NCBI RefSeq assembly: GCF_001194135.2 | Contig: NC_068992.1 | Location: 57,086,623 to 57,150,622 of the forward strand | Origin: Octopus bimaculoides | Taxonomy: Eukaryota | DNA length: 64,000 nt | Direction of reading: 5' to 3' | Shown: positions 1 to 9,720 of the stretch, piece after piece | Layout of the letters: every line of letters starts with the position of its first letter | How positions within the stretch are numbered: position 1 is the first letter of the stretch | Program-made: the position numbers and the translations under genes | The notes under the pieces: model-generated | Database searches by the model: none | What the model was told of the DNA's origin: nothing | The model's input: the letters and a program-made list of their open reading frames with translations, nothing else

Positions 1-139
1 TATTTGGGTATATAACTATATGCTACATGGTTTAAAAACCATCTGCTAACATGTGTCAACGTCTTATGGACTACATGTTAGCAGATGGTTTTTAAACGCC
101 GTGCTGGACTTCTTGGCATTCTCCCCGGAAGCTCCATTA

Positions 140-722
140 CGAATAAATGGTAAACACACAGAACAACATCGGTTTGCTGTGTCCACAAAACATGTGCTAG
201 GAGTGATAAAGATCAAACATCCAGCCAACATCATGGTGTTTGGAGTGATCACTACTGATGGCGACGTTATGACTCCATTCATCTTCCCAAACAGCCTCAG
301 ATTCAACACGGAGACCTACATCAAATGCCCGGAGGAGGTAGTGCTGCCCTGGGTCAAGAGAGTGGTTGCTGGAAGACTCTATGTCTGGCAACAGGACTGT
401 ACACCATGCCAGACGAGCAGGACGACCCACTCATGACTGCCAGACAATTTCTGCAACAACATCACCCTTAACACCTGGTCACCAAATTCCTCAGCGAGAG
501 ACCAACAAAACTCCTGGTAATATCAAAGATGCACTGAAAGCAAGGATTATGGCAGCATTCACCGAATTAAGCAAGGAGACTGTCCGGAAGAGTTGCAGGA
601 GATTCCGAAGTCGTCAGAAGTCCATAGTTGAAGCCAATGGCGATTTTATTGAATAAATTTACTCTTTAGTATTTCAAAATGTAATTTTGGTAAATATATC
701 TGTTAAAATTCACCGCACACTG
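140..722 (+). mobile_element. Tc1/mariner-superfamily (maT/DD37D-like) transposon relic: 3' part of transposase plus right end
   Basis: ORF 53-436 has KHPANIMVFGVITTDGDVMTPFIFP...YVWQQDCTPC (DDE_3-type, QQD catalytic motif). The frameshifted continuation RIMAAFTELSKETVRKSCRRFRSRQKSIVEANGDFIE* ends at 656. The element ends ...CCGCACACTG (722) followed by TA. Confidence 0.85.
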
Positions 723-1190
723 TATATATATATAAAATTATATGTATTTATTTTATCCTAATTAATAATAATTCGGATAGAATAAATGTGTTAATAGAAA
801 CCAGGGTAGCAAAGATCACAAAATAACTGTGGTGTAATTCCTGTTTTTGAGGCAGAAACTCCTTGATATTTTGGGTATTTGAGTATATATAAATTTAAGG
901 AATGGAGTGAACGCATGTTATAACTGTATACTTTATTCCGACTTATGTTTCGAAGAATTACAATTTATGCGATCCATAGGAATCGTCGATGTTAAAAATG
1001 TAAACTTCTCCTCAGGGAAATGTATGGGGATCATCTTAAACGTAAGACATTATGACCGAGTATGAGAACTATAGTTGGATCATAATGTCTTACNNNNNNN
1101 NNNGAGGCAGAAACTCCTTGATATTTTGGGTATTTGAGTATATATAAATTTAAGGAATGGAGTGAACGCATGTTATAACTGTATACTTTA

Positions 1191-1274
1191 TTCCGACTTA
1201 TGTTTCGAAGAATTACAATTTATGCGATCCATAGGAATCGTCGATGTTAAAAATGTAAACTTCTCCTCAGGGAA
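1191..1274 (-). ncRNA. Type I hammerhead ribozyme motif (intact core, GUC site)
   Basis: The minus strand reads TTCC-CTGAGGA-GAAG...CTTC-GAAAC-ATAA-GTC-GGAA. This gives helix I TTCC/GGAA, a CUGANGA core, helix II closed by GAAG/CTTC, GAAA, a 2-bp helix III and a GUC triplet. Confidence 0.75.
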
Positions 1275-1370
1275 ATGTATGGGGATCATCTTAAACGTAA
1301 GACATTATGACCGAGTATGAGAACTATAGTTGGATCATAATGTCTTACGTTTAAGATGATCCCCATACAT

Positions 1371-1454
1371 TTCCCTGAGGAGAAGTTTACATTTTTAACA
1401 TCGACGATTCCTATGGATCGCATAAATTGTAATTCTTCGAAACATATATCGGAA
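1371..1454 (+). ncRNA. Type I hammerhead motif, degenerate copy (AUC instead of GUC)
   Basis: TTCC-CTGAGGA-GAAG...CTTC-GAAAC-ATAT-ATC-GGAA. A G16.2->A change breaks the C15.2-G16.2 pair. Confidence 0.6.
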
Positions 1455-1498
1455 TAAAGTATGCATTTATAACATGCGTTCACTCCATTCTTTAAATT

Positions 1499-1529
<31 letters not shown>

Positions 1530-1882
1530 GCTTATATATATATATTTATATAATTCCAGTGATTTTTATGTTGTTGTGTTAAATATATTCAGTACGACAT
1601 TTATGTTAGAGAGATATCATAAACCTAACAAAGTGTAATAAAATGTGATGACATAAACCCTCACTATTCCAAATGTTGTCGGCTTCAATAAAAAGATATG
1701 TCATAAGCAGGAGATCACAACGTATTCTATTATATTCAACTAGCTTTATAGCGTAACCTAGAAACATGTAGCTTTGAGTTTCCGCAGTCCTACACTGCAT
1801 ACGATGTATAAACACACACACACAGACACACACACACAAACACTTCTATATATACACACACATATATGTATGTACATATGTA

Positions 1883-1924
<42 letters not shown>

Positions 1925-3134
1925 TATGTTTATATGTCTGTATGTATCTAACGAGAAAGCGTGTGGCTTAGCGGTTAAACGAAGTTAAACTGGTAGATAG
2001 TCATGGTTAGTGAGACACATAGACATGATATTTAGTCGTCACTCGCATGCAAGTGTGTCTTGATAGTTTGTAATATGCTATGGAACACGATTATATATTT
2101 ATAAACATGTGGTTGCAATGCGAGCTCCTTAACCACTAAGCCATTTTTGTGTCTAGAATGAAGCTAACTATTAAACATTTAAATAACTGTAGTGTTTCGA
2201 GTATTCTTTCACATTAATTATCCCAGGAGAAAATTACGAGACAGTATGTTACATATACATATTTTCCATATTTTTTATATAATTCTTATACTGGTCTGCA
2301 AGATTGAAATATTTCATTCTTCTTATTGGGTTCTTCTATATGCGTTGTTTCTTTACGAATAAAAAAAAAATTAAAAAGAACAATGTTAACATGTAATACG
2401 ATTTTAATTTCATTAATCTATTTGTTTTCTTCTGAGATGAACGTTTTTTCTTGTCCTCTAGTGTTTTTTTTTAATGTAAAGTTCTATTCCCTCATCTATT
2501 TACAGATTTTCATTTAATTCTCTATAGATACCTCTTCTTACTATTGTATTTTTTTTACCGTTTTGAATAATTTAATTTCGTAGCGTTTTCGTGCGCCACT
2601 TTTCTAAGAATCTTCATCCTTTGAGATTTCTCTATTTATTTCAATCGTATTCTTCTTATTTCTTTTATTTCTTGAAAAATTTTCTCCAACACTTCTGTTG
2701 AATGATTTCAATGGAACTTCTTTCTTAAGTGCTAGTTTACCACTTTTTTTCTTAAACATTTGTATTTTCATACAATGTAGATCTGTCACGTCTTCTTAGA
2801 TAAATTTGGTTATGTTTTCTGTCGCAGCATTCATTGTTTAGTAATTGCTTTCTTTCAGTATGAATGGATATAATGGGCCATATATCTCAGTTGTGACTGT
2901 AGAAGATATATATTAGTTTTGTTTATCACGTATTATTCTTTATTATTCATGTCACAAAGCCATTGTTTTTATCACGCATTCCCTTTTATTTTGGACAATT
3001 TTACCTTTGGCAGACCTCTCTTCAGTTGGCAAAAAAATATCATATATTTGTCAGCAGAAATGTATTCTTCCTTCACTTCTCCCACTTTCTTCTTCAAGTA
3101 CGTCTATCATGTACATAGAAGACTAGATATCTAA

Positions 3135-3545
3135 ACTCGCTTTGCAACCATATGGTTTCGAGTTCAATCGGCATCTTTGACATGTGACTTCTACGATAAC
3201 CCTAGCCAACCAATATTCAGTGAGTGAATTTGGTAGATTTGGTAGCGGGAAACTGTATGGAAGCCCATTATATATATATATATATATATATGTTTGTGCG
3301 TGCGTATGTGTGTATGCGTGTGTGTGTGTCTTTGTGTTGGTCTTGTCTTCGCCCACCACCAATACCATAACTTGATAGCCAGTGTTGGTTTGTTTGCGGA
3401 GTGGTTCAACAAATGAGACTAATAGAATAAGTACCAGGTTTAACGTAACGTAAGTACTGGGATCGACTTATTTTTAATAAACCCTTCACGGTAACGCCCC
3501 TGCCCCAGTATGGCCGCGGTTCAATGACTGAAACAATTAAATGAT
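3135..3545 (+). mobile_element. SINE family B (tRNA-like head, internal microsatellite, 3' tail), degenerate
   Basis: Shares GAGTGAATTTGGTAG...GAAACTG...GAAGCCC, an internal (TA)/(TG)n tract and the ATAGAATAAGTACC...CATGGCCGC...ATGACTGAAACAA tail with the copies at 13015 and 60031. Confidence 0.7.
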
Positions 3546-3639
3546 AATATATATGTGTGCATACATATTATATATGTATGTACATTTAGCTACTTGACCT
3601 TCTAGAGATGATTGTCAAATCCAAATCTCACTCAAATTA

Positions 3640-4141
3640 CATATGTGATAACTCGAAGTTACCAGGTAACTGTAAAATTTGGTGCTTGCAGTTCGGTTTG
3701 TACCCGCGACTTTCGTGGCCACTTTTAATATACGAGGTAGCCTTGTCACGAGTTCAGATCATTGAACAAAAATGTAATGTGTTCATTAGAAAGTGGCTAG
3801 GCCTACCTCGGACGTTGAACAGTTCAGCTCTTTATCGTAAAAGAGGTTCGTTGCAGTTACCACTGGCGTCAATAGTCGAAATGTATAAACTGTGGAAGGT
3901 ACGAACGATGATGATGCTGAGAGAGTCCAAGGACATAGAAATCAGAAGTAATCCACCAGAGGTAAAAACAGCCAGGATGTGGAAAGCAGAAGCAGAGACT
4001 GATGACATCTTGTCTTCTCTTACATTCCGAGATATGGTGGGTGCAACGCAAAATCTTCGGAAGAGACTTGGTTTTGGCGCAAATCAGTTGAAACCGTTTG
4101 CAAGTATGATGCAAGAAGTGCATAGAGAAGAAAAAGGGTGA
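3640..4141 (+). mobile_element. Non-LTR retrotransposon fragment, Hero/R2-superfamily-like, post-RT region
   Basis: The ORF segment SKLPGNCKIWCLQFGLYPRLSWPLLIYEV...RKWLGLPRTLNSSALY...LQLP...MMLRESKD...TARMWKA...DMVGATQ...RLGFG follows the motif order I recall for Hero-clade proteins. Confidence 0.75.
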
Positions 4142-5418
4142 AGTTGAACATGGTTGTAATAATACCATTTTGCTTGTGTGTCTCTTTATTTATTCTTTAT
4201 TTATTTATTCTTCCCCCGATGCAGCTCCTTGTTTCAGATCGGTTTTATTACCAAATATGATTAATATATTAATATTTTTACATATATTTAATATCATATT
4301 TGTAATATCATATTTTTAATATCATATTTTTTACATATTTTTAATATCAATGGTAATACCATACGACACTGGAGGCAGACACAGCTGTTAGTTGGGATGC
4401 AGTCTATTTACATTGAATTAATAAATAATAATTGTTGTAAGCCAATTATTGTTAATCAGTACTTCTCCATTTTCTGTTTTCTTTAAATTTTGATTCTTGA
4501 TAAACCCATGTTTATCCTTGTCTTTACCTATAATTTATGAGCATAATATGCTTGCATATGTATGCCCGTGGTTAAATATAGATAATATCGGTGTAATGGA
4601 TACTTATATCCCTTATTTTAATCTCTAACTCAACTAACCTTTAAATTTTATTTAAAATAAGAATTTTTGGCACTAATATGGATTAAATCTTAAAGAGAAG
4701 TTAGGTTAAGGGCTTAGAGCTACTTTTCCCTCTTAAGGGTTCATCAGGCTTTTACTTAACCTAAGGTGGAAGGGGCAAGAGAAATCGCATAAATATGTTT
4801 TTGCCAACAACCAAGGGAGCCCTTCTGTAGCTCAAGGGAGAGCTATCCGTCCTGGTTGGGGGAGTGGTGAACTGAAACCCACCAACTAGAGCTCCGAGTG
4901 ATGGAAGCTTAATGTGTTATGAGTGTGAAGACAGTGCTGGTCTTCTGCCAAAATTTGAAACCAATATGAATTACTGATCAAACATTATGGTTACTAAAAG
5001 TTCCAGGCAATAAGAACATTTGATCAGAACATATCTTTGTTCGTTCAACTATGCTAATGAATATTTCATTCTTTCATGGAGATACAATGGACCGTTCAGC
5101 ACCTATTAAAGAGCACAGTTATTAGATGCTGGAGGAGATAGAAACATGACAAAAACATGAGGAAAAAACATAATTAAATGTCCCGACATTTTAGCAATGG
5201 AACAAAGGGGAAGATAAAAGAAATAGATAAATAACGTGACTAAGAAAAGAAATGTATCTTTTAATAATTGCGTGATATTTCGTCTCAATGGAGAGATAAC
5301 CAATTAGAGGTAAACAGTCTCAGGTCTGAGAAAACAATTTTATAATCGAATATTTATTTTCGGTGTGGATTTTTGCATATCTACTCTTTGAAGTCTTTCA
5401 TGCCTTTGTATAACTATG

Positions 5419-5453
<35 letters not shown>

Positions 5454-5514
5454 ATATGNNNNNNNNNNNNNNNNNNNNNNNNNNNNNNNNNNNNNNNNNN
5501 NNNNNNNNNNNNNN

Positions 5515-5548
<34 letters not shown>

Positions 5549-6752
5549 CGTGTGTGTGTGTGTGTGTGTGTGTGCGTGTGTGTATATATATATATATATA
5601 TACATACATATATATATATATAAATATATACTAATATATATGTATGAATATGCTTATATATACACACGCAAACATATACACATTAATACATATATAAATT
5701 GGTTATAGGATTCAAAAAATCTAGGCGCATCAGCGCATAGGACTCCATAAATAATTAGATACAATAAGGTACGGTTCACAGTAAGGTAAAACAACATGGA
5801 AGGTCTCAAATGTTGATAGGATACTGTAAATACGGAGGTGGCAAATGGAATTTAAACTGCAGATCTAACTCTGAGGTTGGTTCTAGATGTAGAACTTATA
5901 GATGCATTCACATATTAGATCATAAGAGAGAATACACCATCTTCAGGTGAGATTTTAAACAGGTGAGACAATACATCAATCGTGACGAATCCGACCAACA
6001 TTGATTGTTTGATAAATGGTATTTTGAAAATTTTATATATATATATAATTTATTATAATTTATATATGATATATATATATATATGATTTTCATTCGCTAT
6101 GATAGATCGCTAGCCACTACACATTCCTTACTTTCTTTCAGCGTTAAACTAATACATCTGTTTGCTGTCTACACCACCTGTCTTTGCCTTTTGTTTCTTT
6201 TGTGAATTCTCCCTAGATCTTAAACTATTTATGCCAAAGTGTAGCTGAGGAGGTATCCTCTTTAAAACTATTGATAGTTTGCAATTTAGTTTAGAACTGA
6301 ATTAGTGGTGAAGCTTGGAAGCTGCTGCGATTGATGAAATGGTCGACTTAAGAATATATTTAACCACTATCGTAGTTGAATAACACACGGATATATATAT
6401 ATATATATATATCTGTAATTACAGATAAATTCCTCTATTTATATAACATCGAGGTCTCTTTCATACGCACATGTACATAGTGCTCACACACGCACATCCA
6501 AGAATATGGGCATATACATGAAATTCTCTGCGAAGAGTGCGAACCTGAACTTTTCAAAGAAGATTCAAAAGTTGGATTCATTGATCCTGCAAATTCATTA
6601 CTTGTGATGGAGACAATGTTGAGCAGTATCTTTCATTTGTGGAAGAGTCTCTCTCGCACCAAGTTCAATTCGAACGATCTATATCAGATTTGCGTTACTT
6701 TCGATATAACTCCCGTATATCAGAAACTTGACTGCCAGCATGGAAATAGAAT

Positions 6753-6986
6753 AGGCGGCGAGCTGACAGAAACGTTAGCACGCCGGGCGAAATGCTTAGC
6801 GGTATTTCGTCTGCAGCTACGTTCTGAGTTCAAATGCCGCCGAGGTCGACTTTGCCTTTCATCCTTTCGGGGTCTATTAAATAAGTACCAGGTACGCACT
6901 GGGGGTCGATGTAATAGACTTAATCCGTTTTTATGTCCTTGTTTGTCCCCTCTATGTTTAGCCCCCTTGTGGGCAGTAAAGAAATA
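6753..6986 (+). mobile_element. SINE family A, full length, 16-bp TSD
   Basis: GGCGGCGAGCTGACAGAAACGTTAGCACGCCGGG head, GAGTTCAAAT B-box and GTCGACTTTGCCTTTCATCCTTTCGGGG core (Meta-domain-like). The TSD AGCATGGAAATAGAAT lies at 6737-6752 and 6987-7002. Confidence 0.9.
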
Positions 6987-8159
6987 AGCATGGAAATAGA
7001 ATCAACATCGCCAAATGTATGAACAAAACTCCGATTCGAAATAGAGCTATTCGTTAGGAAATTTTTATTGGCTACTAGGCTGTCTGTCTACTAATTAAAT
7101 TCGTAAAATATGTTCGTATTTTGCCGATTATTGCTTTATTTAATGTTTAAAATCTATTGGGAAAGCTATTTAAATATATATAATGGCATGTTGATATTAT
7201 TTAATTATAGTTGCGGCGTATTTCGATATTTACATAACTGAAGTTGTGTAGGAATGATGTTGTTATTATTTTAAGTGAAATTAATTATATATATTAAAAC
7301 ATATTTTGTTTAGCAAGCATTTCCCATAAATTGGATATGGGTCAGTGAGTGAGCTTTTGGGTGGTCAATAGACATGTCAGAAATAGCAGCCAAATTTCTT
7401 TCATGACATACTTTATCATCTGTCAAAAAAACAAAAAAAAACAATGATGTTTTAGGTGATATAGTCTTAAATACACTATGACCGAAAAGAAAAGATATAG
7501 ATCAACTCAAGTTGTGTTAAACCTATGCAATTACAACACCGTAAATACGTTCAAGTAATTTAGTTAAAACCGAGGTTAAATATTCCACAATGAAGAATGA
7601 GGAATTTCTAGAATTTGTAATGGATGTCTCCTTTCCTTATTCCCTTTCATTAGATGCAGAATTACGACCAGGCGCTGTCATCATGGCTGGCGAACAAAGA
7701 ATAACGAAAAGCCTGTCACTATGAATTAATTGAAGATATTATCATTCAGGTAATTATTATAAGATCTATCCAGCCGTCTTCCTGCTGGTCATATGATTTA
7801 TAGAAGATTTGACCAGCCTGGCTGGGGGAGTTGTTAGAAATAACGAGCTATACAACGCACTACATAATCACTTATTAGTGAAAAGAAGAATATAGGGAAA
7901 ACATTTTCTATATTAAGGTGCTGATGCAGGCGTGTCTAACGCCTTGTGAGAGGATTTGGTGGACAGAAACTTAAAGAAGCCCGTCGTGTATATATGTATA
8001 TATATATATATATAAACAAATAGTAAATGAGTATATGCATATATACGTACAGGTATGTGCATACCGACATCCACCTGTATGTATAGGTGCATATCTGGGT
8101 ACAGGACATTGCAAATAAAACGTAGACGAGAAAACACACAAGCCACATAGAGAACATTC

Positions 8160-8370
8160 TACTTCATCAGCTACATTTGATGGATATTTGTCCCAATCTT
8201 ATTTGTTGTTAAAACCCCTAAACTTCATCAGGTGTCTTGGGGAAATTTCGAAGGTATTTTTCGATGTTATTATTATTATTATTATTATTGTTGTTACTAT
8301 TCTTGGAATCGAACTCGGAATCTTGGAGTTAATAACCCGCGCTCTTAACCACTACGCCATATGCCCGTGG
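8160..8370 (-). mobile_element. tRNA-headed SINE with internal (AAT)n and a CTGATGA-containing tail
   Basis: The minus strand has A-box TGGCGTAGTGG and B-box GAGTTCGATTCC, then (AAT)n, then CCCCAAGACACCTGATGAAG. Confidence 0.7.
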
Positions 8371-8395
8371 ACAATTATGGAGTGAATTTTAGGGC

Positions 8396-8625
8396 TTATA
8401 AATCCAATATTTTTCTATTCTTCCTTAATACCTGTTCCCATATGCTATTCATATCTGCACTCAGTCTGCTTAGGAGGTTGTTGTGTCCTAACATATGTGC
8501 TGCTTCTTTTAGTTTTCGTATTTTCCAGTGGTGTTCTCTATCTATTATTTTAACTTCATCCCACAGGGGGAGGTGGTCTCCAATTTTCCATACATGATCA
8601 CCTATACCCGATACAGAGGAGACAA
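8396..8625 (-). mobile_element. Penelope-like element, GIY-YIG endonuclease C-terminal fragment
   Basis: GIGDHVWKIGDHLPLWDEVKIIDREHHWKIRKLKEAAHMLGHNNLLSR...MNSIW matches the H..W..V.I.D.E.....R..KEA.....LNR...W pattern of PLE GIY-YIG ends. Confidence 0.75.
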
Positions 8626-8809
8626 TATAAGACAATACAAACAGGTAGGTAGGTGAAAACGGATGAAAGGACGAAATGGAAACATGAAAGTTGTAATGAT
8701 AACGCTCGGTCCCACATCCGGGCGCTATCATTTCACTTTTGATTACTTTTTTTTTTAAATCGGAAACTTTAATATTAGAGTCTGATTTTAAATTATCAGC
8801 TCTTATCAT

Positions 8810-9720
8810 GTATGGTATTTCTGTTTTTCCTCCATTTTTATTTCAACGTGTTTCACTTTGTCCTCGAATTTCTCCAATTTCTTTTTATCACTTCTATTGA
8901 TTATAGCACATCCCAAATGCGCGAGGATTTCATTCCGAACATTTGCCAATGTCATACTTTCCCAGCTTTTGATTCCAGTTCACTCTTGATTCATAAGTTC
9001 ATAAAAATTATTAATTTTGTTTTTATTTTCTATTTTTATTTTATGGGGAGAGAGTTGGGTGTTTTGGGACACCTGTGAGCGCATGTAAGTTTTTACCATG
9101 TCGGCCGAGGTAGGGGGAGGACAGGTGGTTGCAGGGGAAGGGTGTAGCAAAGTGGGCTTGGGTGGGCGCTGGATGGGTGTGGTGTGGAACTCATCACTGT
9201 CAGTTTGTCTTCCTTTTTTCTTTTTCTTTTTTCTTTTTTCCGATCCTTTTTCGTCTCTTACATACTTTGATGTTGTCTCTGTGTTGGTTTCTGGTGGAAG
9301 CGGGGGTGCGGCTTCCTTTTTGTTTTTGGAGTTAGCGGTTGGTGAAGGGCAGTCAACCCTAATGTAACCCTTTTGGCCAGATTGGTAACATCTAGGGACT
9401 CTGCCTTCCACTTTCAGCGCTATACCTTCAGCACTACATCTACTGTGATGGTTTCAATCATATATTCAATGTCTCCAGGGGTGGCTTGAATCACCCTGGA
9501 AATGCGTCTACCAAGGTATGTGGGTAGAATCACTACCTCCTTCGTCTTCAACGGGGTTACAGAGTGCAGCCTGGCAGTTGCTGCAACTCTGAATTGCACC
9601 TCCACCGTGTCGTACTTCCTGCCTCTATTTATATGCATTATTTCACCCCATGTGTGCTTTAACGCTTTTTCTATTTAACTTTGCGTCATTATTTCAATTT
9701 TGGGGGCTCTCCGCCGAGAG
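8810..9720 (-). mobile_element. L1/Tx1-like LINE relic: degenerate ORF1 with zinc knuckle, followed by a short ORF2-like segment
   Basis: Frameshifted ORFs 9420-9638 and 8980-9411 include RCYQSGQKGYIRVDCP (degenerate CX2CX4HX4C) followed by a Pro/Lys-rich low-complexity tract. Locally GC-richer than the flanks. Confidence 0.55.

Larger units (their letters stand above)
1139..1506. mobile_element. Foldback element (166-bp arms, 24-nt spacer) bordered by TA repeats, probably Penelope-like pLTR derived
   Basis: 1145-1310 is the reverse complement of 1335-1500 with 5 mismatches and no indels. The spacer is 1311-1334. Each arm has a hammerhead motif followed by AATAAA. Confidence 0.8.

Noticed and set aside
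849-1348. Exact 245-bp direct repeat (849-1093 and 1104-1348), giving an apparent third hammerhead at 936-1019
   Set aside because: The copies look identical and flank a 10-N placeholder gap beside a hairpin. This is the typical overlapping-contig-end artefact, so it is not counted as a biological tandem.
6604-6987. 127-aa ORF
   Set aside because: Its 3' 60% is a TSD-bounded SINE, and the remainder has no recognisable motif.
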